A DNA stretch of 64,000 nt, from the NCBI GenBank assembly GCA_951406725.2, contig OX597814.1, forward strand, positions 210,614,001 to 210,678,000. The letters are read 5' to 3'. Both the position numbers and the translations under genes were made by a program. This stretch comes from Octopus vulgaris (taxonomy: Eukaryota). Below the pieces are notes generated by a model. That model made no database searches and had not been told where the DNA came from. It saw nothing but the letters and a program-made list of their open reading frames with translations. Below are positions 1 to 13,000 of the stretch, piece after piece. How positions within the stretch are numbered: position 1 is the first letter of the stretch; each line of letters opens with the position of its first letter.

Positions 1-1530
1 ATTCAATAAAATAATTACCTGTCGCGCTCTGTTGGTCAGTTGAATGGACTTGCCCCTCCCCTGACATGACTGCCTTTGTGCCAAATTTGAATTCAATATT
101 AAAACTTTGAGAAGTCTCTTTCATTATTCTTTTATAAATAGCGTCTATATTATATGAACTGAAAATTTACATTGGGGTGCTTGTGTGTAGATAACATTCT
201 GTAGGTTTTATTTGTTGAATAATTTTTTGGACCTATCATGTCCATTACTCCTGGATTAGAAATACATCTATAGACCGGTTTAATAAAATACAGTTAAAAT
301 ATTCAGATATGTACAATGAAATGTATTCTAGAATAAACCTCTGAATATTTACAAAGCATTCTGCTGCCTTTTTTCAATGAGGTGGCTACTTGTTACTGTA
401 TTGGTGATTTATAGGCTTTTATGAGAGGCTATGTATGTATATATATATCATTCCAATTTTATCAGTTATTTGTTAGCCGATGAATAGGTCTTAAAAGAGA
501 TATCCCATGCAGCATGCTAAAATTCGCACAGAATTGGTCGGAATTACCCCACGTCGATTACTTATTAACCCTACTTTCATATTTGTAATTAAAATATTGT
601 AATGCATGTTATTAAATATAATCTCCATTTTGATATTAATTCTTATACTCCGTTGCATGTTTTGTTTCACGTTTTCTGAAGTCTTTGTTTTCTACAAAAT
701 TCTCAATTCTTAAGTGCTGGTATATTTATTCTAATTTGTATGAAATTCTTAACTGAACCGCCATGAATAATGTTATTAACTGTTAATATCAATGTTCTCT
801 TATCTTGCAATTAAGTGCTGTATCCTAATTCTTTACATTATAGTGCATATTTCTATAGAGAAAGTATATTTTGATAGCGTCACTGCTTATTTATTTACAG
901 TGTATGTTATAGCAATGAGGAATATTCATACTAAACACTTTCCGTCGTTTCAAAACAGACCATCTTGAGCATTTTAACCCCCTCCTTTTCTGCCATTCCA
1001 TATTCAAAAATTGCCATCTTTAGAGTTCTATAGTCTTAAGTACATCGAATATTTCCTATAAATCATATATTTGTTTCTACTCTATTTATTCTGATCTATT
1101 CGTTAGAATTCCGTGACTTTTCATATGGTTATACATGCGTGTATTGCTTATTTGGCATGCAGATGGAAAGAGCAAAATATCGCATGGCAATCAGTTACCT
1201 AATTTCACTCACTGATGGAAAATACAAGCGTGACCGACCATCAGTTTCTTCTTCCCCTTGACGGTAAAATGAGTGTCAAACTGGTTCCCGCGTTAAATGA
1301 ATCACTTCACTGAATGAATAACGTCCGGCCCGTTTTACCTGTCATTATATGTACCCTAATATTTATGGTACAATAGCGCGAAAACGTATTAGCACCTGGC
1401 AACCTAACAGGAGTTCATACAACGCCATTAGATGATTGAAGATTAATATGTCAGTATATCTGTCTCTACTAGCCCACACGAATTCATTCTCTTTCATAAT
1501 ATCAATGATTTCACGAGAGCTTTTTCTTGA

Positions 1531-1949
1531 ACTCTTTTACACGTTTCAGTCATTTGACGGTGGCCTTGCTGGAGCACAATCTTAATGTGTTTTAATCGAA
1601 GAATTCAACCCCATGACACATTCTTTTTAAGCCAAGTATTTATTCTATCGGTCTCTTTGCAGAACCACTAAGTTTCAAGGGCATAAACACACCAACATCG
1701 GTTGTCAAACGATGGAAGGTAGGGGACAAACACAGAGATAAAGACACACACACATAAATAAACACACATACATAATTACACACACATACATAAATACACG
1801 CACATACATAGACACACATATACGACGAGCACTCAATTTCCTACCAAATCCTTAAATCCACTCACAAGACTGCTCGGTCCGACGGTCTTGTAGAAGACAC
1901 ATACCCAAGGTGCCACGCAGTGGGACTGAACCCGGAACCATGTGGTAGG
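1531..1949 (-). mobile_element. tRNA-derived SINE, family A (internal CA/TA microsatellite), diverged
   Basis: Reverse complement matches the copies at 19195 and 29200 (ccacgcagtgggactgaacccggaaccatgtgg; tttcagtcatttgac...gctggagcac). Confidence 0.9.
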
Positions 1950-2004
1950 TGCACCAGTCTCCGATACAAACCCAGAATCTGTAATACTTTCAATATTTTG
2001 TAAA

Positions 2005-3070
2005 TATTTTTTCAAGATTTGGCACAGGGCCAGCAATTTCAGGGGAGAAGGTATGTCGATTCCATCGACCCCAGTGCTCAGCTGGTACTTATTTCATCAA
2101 GATCAAGAACATGAGCGGCTAATTCGACCACAACATAATTAGAACTCAAAGAGTAAAATTCGGATGAAATGTCCCTAGGCGTTTTCTCCGGCATGCTAAC
2201 GTTTCTGCCCTCCCCTTTCTTTAATAAGTATTATACCATTATTGCTATTGTAAGACGGCGAGTTGCGAGAATCGTTAGCTCGTCGGGAAAAATGCTTAGC
2301 GCTATTTACCTCGTCCTTACGTTCAGATTCCGATGCGCTCGATGTTGCATTTCATCTTTTGAAGTCCGAAAAATGACCACTGCGATTAATATTGCTGGAT
2401 TTGTGCAGAATCGTTAACACATTGGGCGAAATACTTGGAGGCATTTCTTCTGTCTTTAGCTTCTGAGTTCAAATTCCACCAAGGCAACTTTCGCATTTCA
2501 TTCTGTCGGTGTTGATAAAATAGTACCACTTCAGCACCGAGGTCGATATAATCGAGTTACCACCTCCCCGAAATTGATGACCTTGGGCCAAAATTTGACA
2601 CCAATATTATTATTATTGTTATCATTATTATTATCATCAGTATTATTTAAAGCAATTAGCTGGCACAGTCATTAGCAACCCGAGAAAACTTACGTCTGTT
2701 TTACGTTCTGAGTTCAATTTCTGCCAAAGGTTGACTTCGCTTTTCATCATTTGGAGTCGATAAATAAAGTTTAGTTGAGTCCTGGAGTCGATATAATCGA
2801 CTATACACTCCGCACGATTTTCAGGCTCTATGTCTATAGTAGTAAGTATTATTATCAGTATTGTAAAGTGACGAGCTGTCATAAATGTTGGCGTACCAGG
2901 CAGACTGCTAAGCGGCATTATGTCCGTCTTTACGTTCTGAGTTCAAACTCCAAGGATGTCGTCCTGTCGCGGTCCACAAAATGAGTACCAGTTGAGTATT
3001 GGGGTCCATGTAATTGTCTGACATCCTCCCACGAACTTGCCGGCATTGAGCCAACATTTTAAACCAATGT
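2005..3070. mobile_element. Cluster of five family-B SINEs: one minus (2005-2218) and four plus (about 2251, 2395, 2648, 2865)
   Basis: Repeated gcagaatcgttagc...cttagcg...tacgttctgagttcaaatt...tttcatc...gtcgataaa...gtacca...ggggtcgat; the central part resembles the Meta/MESC SINE domain (from recall). Confidence 0.85.
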
Positions 3071-3884
3071 TATTGTTAGGATCATCCCTGCGGATATTAT
3101 TATGTATCATTTACAATAGTTAATTAAAAATAAGCATGATGAATGTAATTTTAGCTATTGATAATTCTTAAGCTTCATTAAATTTATGCATTGCATCTAT
3201 TTTATCTGTGCTTTATTTGTTCACTTTCTCTAATTGATGGACTAATCCATTCCCACCACAGAAACACGCAAAACCACAAGCACATATACATATTATCAAA
3301 CACATTTAAGATATGTACAAATACATTCACTACTATTTCCCTGGGTTTTCTTTGTATTTGGAGTGTGTATATGAACGCAATACGTTAAAATATATAGGTA
3401 CGTTAATGTATGTTTGCTTGTATATGTATGTGCTTGCAGTGTATGTATGTGTGTATTTTTGTGAGAGAAACACGTCATTCTGATTAAAGAGGAAAAAACG
3501 GTGCATTGAAAACTTGAATGTATATCTGAAGTTTTATTGATTTCTGTGAGCTTGATAAATTAGTATTTTCAAGTTAGTTGGAGACTGGGAATGTCACATT
3601 CAATGTTAGTAGATCTGAATATCTATCAGTAATAATTCATCTTTGACAGATGGTATGCAACTTCCAATATTTATTTATTAATGGGTAAGATGTGATTAGT
3701 TTTGTTTTAAATTCTTAAGAACACTCATTTTCAACTTTTGTACGCCAAGACAAACACAAATATATACATATATACAAAGACACACACATGCATACACACA
3801 CTCACACACACGATAACAAGTAAATATTTAGTTATTATATTTATATATATATACATGCTCAAGAAATATATATATATATGTATA

Positions 3885-3924
<40 letters not shown>

Positions 3925-3929
3925 AATGA

Positions 3930-3961
<32 letters not shown>

Positions 3962-4491
3962 GTATAATAAATATATATATATATATGTATATTATATATA
4001 TATATATACACGCGTTTTTATATATGTATATATCGTACATATTATGACCTGGCAGGTACAGGCCTTTATCAATGGACGAGTGGCAGTATGTGCAGGTCTA
4101 ACCAATTGAAAGCACACAATAAGTCAGGTCAACTGTACTACACACCACGCAAGTCTGCGACGGCGTTGAATGTTCTTTTAATAGCACAGACGGAAAGCCA
4201 AAAGAACCATTCACCATAAGGAAGCACAAAGAGACCGCAGTCATCTGGCATAATGTAGCAATCACAGTATATAAACGCATGTATGTATGCGTGTATGTGT
4301 GTGTGTGTGTGTGCATGTGTGTGTGTGTGTGTGTGTTTCTGTCGTCTGTCTGTTCCTTAATGTTACCTGGCAATCGGTAAAATAGGTACTGATTGATTTT
4401 TATTCCATTCAAACCTTGAATGACTAAACCTACAATAACAAAAACAAGCAATGCAAAGACAAATTTATATATATATATATATGTATGTATG

Positions 4492-4576
<85 letters not shown>

Positions 4577-4578
<2 letters not shown>

Positions 4579-5215
4579 CGTCAAGTATACTAGCCATATC
4601 TATATGGCTAACCACTAGGGGTGGGTGTTACTGTAGCTTTTTAGCCCCAGGAGATCATCGTCTCAAGCTAGCTTTAGACACAATTTCTGTGCCCTTATGA
4701 TATTTGCAAAGGGTGGTCACCCCTCTCGTAAACCTAAGTGATACGCATGGACTGCAGTTTCGAGATTATTGTCTCTTGTCAACACATGGTAACCACCGGT
4801 TTTCGATGAGGAGAGATCTATTTGCGAATATCTATTTAATGTTTTTCCCAGTAACCACTGTCACTGATTTCGAAAAACGGTCTGAAAGCAATAAAAAATC
4901 TCTGAATGTGATGTAAACAGTAAGCGCTCGACAACGTAAAGTATACTCAGCCATCTCAACATGGCTAACCACTAGGGGTGGGTGTTACTTTAGCTTTTTA
5001 GCCCCGGGAGATCATCGTCTCCAGCTGGCTTTAGACACAATATCTGTGCCCTTATGATATTTGCAAAGGGAGGTCTCTCCTCATCGAAAACCCGTGATTA
5101 CCGTGTGTTGACAAGAGACAATAATCTCGAAACTGCAGTCCATGCGTATCTCTTAGGTTTACGAGAGGGGTGACCTCCCTTTGCAAATATCATAAGGGCA
5201 AAGAAATTGTGTCTA
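4577..5215. repeat. Tandem pair of an unclassified element with an internal inversion (foldback)
   Basis: Direct repeat 4577-4718 / 4933-5075; 5060-5215 is the reverse complement of 4675-4832. Confidence 0.9.
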
Positions 5216-5396
5216 TATATCACTGTAACACGTAAAGCAACCGTGTCTTTCCAAATTCGTTTGGCGATGGACTTCGATTTCGGATTTCGACTTCAAATCA
5301 ACTGGAGTTTAATACCAATGACAGCAATTTTCGTTGGCAAAGTTTATTTGTATTTGCAGAGAACTGAAGAAATATTTTGCCCGAATATCTAACGCA

Positions 5397-5524
5397 TACC
5401 TACCTACCTACCTACCTACCTACCTACCTACCTACCTACCTACCTACCTACCTACCTACCTACCTACCTACCTACCTACCTACCTACCTACCTACATACA
5501 TACCTACCTAAATACCTACATACA

Positions 5525-5557
<33 letters not shown>

Positions 5558-5584
5558 GTGTGTCTATATGGGCTGGTGTATTTG

Positions 5585-5624
<40 letters not shown>

Positions 5625-5654
5625 CACGTTCATACATATATATAATATTACACG

Positions 5655-5694
<40 letters not shown>

Positions 5695-5715
5695 CATATA
5701 CATGACATGTATACG

Positions 5716-5757
<42 letters not shown>

Positions 5758-5790
5758 CATATATATATATATGTGTGTGTGTGTGTGTCA
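5397..5790. repeat. Compound microsatellite (TACC)n-(TACA)n-(TA)n
   Basis: Directly visible. Confidence 0.95.
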
Positions 5791-6196
5791 CTTATATGTG
5801 CTTATCTAATTATGTATGTATCCATCTGAATATCTATATTCGCAGTGATTTCACACAAAATAAATCTCATTTCTAAATATTGATTTCATTTGCATCGACA
5901 CACGTTCAAATTTTTGAAGTGTTAAGTGACTGTTTTATGTTCAATTCATTGATATATAATCAGTGTACATATTCTATCAACCCTAACCTGATAAATTAAA
6001 CGGTTGACCACGTTGGATTAAATGCAGTTTAAAGAGAAATAAAGACATTTGCATACGATTATCCTTTTGTTAAACCATCTGTGGTAGCAATTAGTCTGTT
6101 GCAAATATCTGAAACGTGCCTGTCAGAGTAATATCATTATGTTCCCCTCTTGGACACAAGTTACCGTAGAGAGAATTCCCATTTCAGATGAATTTC

Positions 6197-6703
<507 letters not shown>

Positions 6704-8179
6704 AAAAGGGCAAAAAGGGAAACAAGTCCCTTGCAGTGAATTACCGTCCGATCTCACTCACCTCTCATATCATCAAGGTATTTGAGAGGGTGGTGAGATC
6801 TCAAATAACCCAATTTCTGGAAAGCAACAGACGGCTGATCTCCAACCAACATGGGTTCCGTAATGGAAGGGACTGCCTAACGCAGCTCCTGCATCACTTT
6901 GAGGACATTTTGAGAGCTTTGGGAGAGGGCTCCAACACCGATGTCATCTACCTTGATTTCAGTAAGGCCTTCGACAGGGTCGATCACAAGATCCTATTGA
7001 AAAAACTATCCAACATTGGTGTCTCTGGAAAGTTACTGAAATGGATTAAGTGTTTCCTGACAGACAGATCTCAACATGTTGTAGTTGAAGGGGTAAAATC
7101 AAGCCCAGCCAAAGTCAGTAGTGGCGTTCCGCAAGGCACTGTGCTGGGCCCACTTCTTTTCATCATTTACATTAATGACATTAATGACATCATCAAGCAC
7201 AGCAACATAAAAATCTTTGCAGATGACTCCAAGCTACAGAAGGTCATAAATGAGGCGAGTGACCGGACATGCCTTCAGTCAGATCTACTGGCTGTTATCC
7301 AATAGGCAGAAAAAAACAATATGCTGCTGAACGAGGATAAATTTGAGCTAATCCACTTTGGAAAAGAGGATGCCCTGAAACTCCCATACTCCCTTCCTTC
7401 AGGTGAAACTCTCACGGCGTCCAACAACATCAGAGACTTGGGAGTAATTGTGGACAACAACGTAAGCTGGGCCACTCATATAAACACCAAAGTTGACATG
7501 GCCCGCAGAATGTGTTCCTGGATTCTCAGAACTTTCCAGTCGAGAGATATCCACACCATTATCCTTCTCTTCTCCACTTTTGCCCGACCCCACCTTGAAT
7601 ACTGTTGTCCACTGTGGTCTCCCCACACAATACAAGGTATCATAAAAGTCGAAGCACCTCAAAGGGCAATCACAAAAAAGATAGATGGCATGACAGGCCT
7701 CGACTATTGGGGTCGACTAGAAAAGCTAAAACTCTATTCTCTCCAACGTCGTCGTGAGCGCTACATCATCTGCATGATGTGGAAAATATTCCATCAGCAT
7801 TGCCCAAATGATGTTGGCATCACCTTTAAGGTACATCCAAGGCTTGGGCCCCGTGCCATCCGCCCAAAACAAAAATCGCACTCTCATCTCATAACAACAA
7901 TACGGCACAATTATTTCACCTCAATTGGCCCCGCTCTCTTTAACATTACACCAAAACACATTAAAACAGAAACTGACCCTATAGGGTTCAAGAAGTCTTT
8001 GGACAGATTCCTTCAAGAAATCCCGGATAAACCCCCTACACCCGGATATGTCTCTGTAAACAATAACTCTCTACTTGAGTGGGCCATAGTGCCCAAATTC
8101 TGACTTGAAAGACTTCACCAGGTGGTGCTATTAAGTTAGACATGGCCTGGGCCAATAATGGCCGAAACCTATCAAAGTA
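6704..8179 (+). mobile_element. 5'-truncated non-LTR retrotransposon (CR1/L2 group): reverse transcriptase C-terminal half plus 3' UTR
   Basis: ORFs 6736-7305 and 7321-8103 are one frame broken by TAG at 7303-7305. Motifs [58 protein letters not shown]; 3' tail (ATCAAAGT)2. Confidence 0.95.
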
Positions 8180-8279
8180 TCAAAGTATATATATGTATGT
8201 ATATATGTATATATATATATATATATCTATATATATGTATGTATTTATATATATATATATATATATGTATGTATATATG

Positions 8280-8343
<64 letters not shown>

Positions 8344-8782
8344 AATATATATGTATATATATGTGTGTATGTGAAATTGCGATGACATCTACATTATGTT
8401 AACATAGGATTCCAATAAGACAACGTAAACGTCTTATAATTAAAGTACTCTTGGGCTCAGGAGTGGCTAGCTGAGTAACCCTCATTAAAAATGATTACAT
8501 CAGACTATCTGCTGGCTATCAATTTCATGTAGCCTGGATTTTACCTGTTTCACTAATTCAATTTTATTTGTATACACAGCAGCGCTATAAAGACATTTTC
8601 ATCTTCTCTAATTTGGTCGTAAATTTGCTACGAAAAATGTGTGCAGCCTTTATTGTTTCACACCGTATACGGTCCGCTTTTTCTTTTCTATAATAGTTAC
8701 GGGCTGTTTGAAGTTTAGAAATTTCCAGCACGCGATTCCTTGGATGTTACACTTTAAATATATATATATATAAATATAAATA

Positions 8783-8827
<45 letters not shown>

Positions 8828-8930
8828 GTATGTATATATGTATGTATGTATATATGTATATATGTACGGATGGATGCATTGATTTATATACAAAATATAC
8901 ACACATATATATATATACATACGTATATCT

Positions 8931-8979
<49 letters not shown>

Positions 8980-9449
8980 TATAGTATATGTATGTATATA
9001 TATATATATATATATATAAATGGAAAGATACACAGAATAAAACAAGGAGAGAAAGAAATGCGTGTTGGATCTAACGAAAGAGAGAGAGAGATAGAGAGAG
9101 AGAGAGCGCAGAAAATATCCCAGTATCTTAACAATTTCTCAAGCTAATCACATGAAGAAAGTACGTGCAGATTCGCAGATTCGAAGGAAGTCGTGTATTA
9201 CGCGTAGATTCTCTGCGATTCACGAGAATAAAACAATGAATCAAGGAACATTACTCTTGGGTTGTATCTTTTGGATATTTGTTTCCCTTGGATTTATCTT
9301 TTGGACAAACTTTTTGTGATGAATTTGTTTGTATTATTTTTTTTCGGGCATGGTGTACTTGAGTGCTGAGGTAGTTTGTCAATAGGATTTATTTCTTCTG
9401 TGTGTGGAGTTTTTGTGCTATGTGAGTTCAGATTTCATGTTTAGGAAAG

Positions 9450-9790
9450 GAGCTCCTCTGTTTGGATTACCATAGCAGAGAGTAGCTCTTCTTTGAAATA
9501 TTTGAGTGTAAAATATTGCAAGATGATATCGGTTGATTGTATTGGGTGTAATATTCCAGTAACACAAGGTTCATATTTGGCATCTCGTCCTCTGTATATT
9601 TTGCCTTAAAAATTAACTTTCTATTCTATTAGGGGTTGCTTATACCACCTTCATTCAATGTCCATATAATATTTGATAGGGCTATTACATGATTTTTATT
9701 CTTGTCTCTGAATGACACCAGATGCTGTGTATACCTTTCTTTCAACGAGTTGCTCGTCATTCATATATACATCTTTGCTAATCCATGGGA
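9450..9790 (-). mobile_element. Decayed Penelope-like GIY-YIG endonuclease fragment
   Basis: Minus-strand translation DVYI*MTSNSLKERYTQHLVSFRDKNKNHVIALSNIIWTL fits the PLE pattern YIG.T...K.RY..H..SF......LS..IW.L. Confidence 0.7.
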
Positions 9791-9931
9791 CGCACCCTAA
9801 GGAAGTAACACCAGGATAGACCCTTCCAGAATGAAGCCGAACTCATTTCTCCATGTGATTGACTTTAAAAAATTGTAGAAAACACAAGAATATTTTCCTA
9901 CTTGTGTTAACATGAACCCAATGATAGTCTC

Positions 9932-10081
<150 letters not shown>

Positions 10082-13000
10082 GCATATACATATTATATAT
10101 ACATATATATATATTCAGGTGTGTACACATATATACGAATATATATACACATGTGTGTGTATGTGTGTGTGTGTTATGTGTACTAATTAAAGTGAGAGAG
10201 AGAAAGAATAGAAGTGGTAACCACAGACCACTTTTCCATTTATAACTTCAGGATTTCTGTAGAACAACCTATAAATGAAAAAGAGAACTATATTCTCTGA
10301 GGGTGCAATTATTTCACTTTCAACGAAATCTTCTTCATGTTCCTAAAATTACAGAAGGTTTTCTCACTAATGACCATCTTCTAACATCTTCAATTCTCTG
10401 TTCGTTAACAGAGTTTTCTTTTCTACTGGTCCCACTCCGTCTCATACGCAAAAGTCAAAGCAACACGGCTACTATTCTCTACCTCTCAAAAGACGTTGAA
10501 ATGCTTAGATCATACAAGTAGTCATAAATTTTAATTGTTGATTTCATTAAATCATTTGTTGAAATTCAATACCACAATTGACATTTTGGAAGACATCATT
10601 ACTCTATAGAAAAGTTCATGAAACACCTAGCATATCTTATATGGTCTAAATATAAAATTTCCACGAGGACCAGAAACCCTAGAAGTCATTTAGCCTGTTT
10701 TCCTTTTAGGATTTCGATTCACAAAACCCCCAAGTAGCCAATCAATGAAGGCATCAGAACAAGCTGTATCCCTCTGAGCGCGATACTTCTGATGCTTTTA
10801 CTTTTACGTCTTTTCTAAATTGAGCGCGCAAGACATTTTGACTCAGTGTGTGTATGCTGTTGATCTTACTCTGGGGGAGGATATAAACCATCTGTTAGGT
10901 CCTAATTCTCGATTTTAACTGCAGTGGCAAATTTTGCATTCCAAGAATTTGGTCTTCACCACGTAATCTAAAGTGAGACATAACTTTCACTTATTTTACG
11001 TATTCAGGAATCTGTTTAAAGTTGATAATTTAACCCCGATTATAGCTTCCCCCATATTTCAAGCGCAGTACTTCATTTATACATTATATATGTGGGCCTG
11101 TACCACTTTTCTCTTGACAATTTGTAATAAGACACGCATTTACATTGAACAGTGGTTTCCTTACAGGAGAAAGTCATCTGCAGTATTAGATCATTTGTCT
11201 ACCACACTTGTATCATAGACAAATATGCACCGTATTTAGTGTTTTTTAATCTATACCGGAGGATGCTCAAGGCGTACGTCTAAAAAATAGCAATAGTATT
11301 TACGATTGATTAGTAATTACGTGGAAGTATCTGGTGAAATATATAAGATTGCAAGAAATTGAAAAATAATCACTTAAACCCATAGCGATTACTTAGAGAC
11401 AAATAATTTTGAAAGCAATTTAAAAGCGCCCGTTTAGAACAGTGAAATACTTTTGCCGCGAATTTTCCACACGTGTCTCATAGGATAATATTTGTGGTTG
11501 AAACCGTTGCAACCTTGCTTTCCAAATATTTTCGTATGCATGATCAACCAACAGAGACCAAATAATTTTTCTTGGTAAAATACACCCCTCAAACACCTGA
11601 ATGAAATTCGACCTTGACGTTAAAATTTATTATATCTTTCCAAACAACATTTTATATTTTTATCTTTGAAAATGCACAACAAATTATCATTAAACTTTAT
11701 TAAACTATGTTCCATTTGAGAAATATGATGTAGAATATGATTATCATTTTACTGATCATGCTTTTAATTAAATTGTCCAGAATAAAGCATAGCATGATTG
11801 ATAACCAAATTAATATGGATAAAATACTTTACAATATTAGTAGACGTAATAATTGCGAAGGCAATATCAACATCATAATAAATATCAACAATACAGGCTC
11901 TGCTGAATAACATTTTCGTAGTCGGGCCATTTTATTGGATGGATAGAAAAAAATGCCTACAGTTATCCACCGCTCCAACGGAAAATTTCTTACGCTGCTT
12001 CATTAAAATGTGTTACAATATTAGATATCCCTTCTTTATAGCGACTATTTTTTGCAGTATGAATCATGAGTTTTAATACATGGAATCGAGAGATTTTGGA
12101 ATTTACGTGAAACATCATAAAATAGCAGATTATATACGTATGTAGTACGTACCCCGAAATGCTTTAAAGAAATTCATAAATACAATTCAAGTTTGGTCGG
12201 ATAGTATTGGCTTCTCTCTGGTTATCTTAAGTGCAAAAATGTATGTGCACTTCACAGAAAGTTCTGTCATTCCTTCAGAATGTTGAAGCTTAGTTCACGC
12301 TGTTTCTCAATTCAACGTAAACTAAATACGTGCCAGTCATTGACGATGATCCTCCTGCTTTTTTCCAATGAAAATAAACTCAAAGAGATCAACAATTTTA
12401 CGTACATTGGGATCTGTATTACCGCAGGTAAGAAAGACTTACTGCCAAACTATTTGATCTTGTAACAAATATCTCAATGTCTGACAAAAAAGTATTTAAA
12501 AGTCACCAAAACAGGCGATATTCATTTCAGGCCCACTCTTGGCCTGCTGGATTAGGAGCGAACGGAATTACTCATGCACCTTTCATGCATACACTCTGGT
12601 GAGCTTTATATCAATAATTTTCACTCTGGAAGTTTATCCGTAAGATATGAAGAACCGCATCTTCATTTGAATCAATTATAAACAGAAAGAAATATGTAAT
12701 TCCGCAAGCTAGAAGGAGGCAAAAGAGAGAATTTAAGCAGAAGATTCTATGACACATCAAACAGGTAGCTGTTTTCTAATATAACAAAGGAAAAAGCGAG
12801 CAGTTGTGAAACAATACAAGAAAGTAGACATATGTCTTCTTGTAAAATAAAGGAGTATAAAATAGCTGTACAGGAAGAAGTTCTGTGAGGATAATATTTA
12901 GAGACGGTATTTTCTGCCATTTATATAATTGCAAATGTTTGCAAATAGGTGTACATTAATCATCTTTCTAGCACATCGTTATCATATCATTCTGTGTCAT

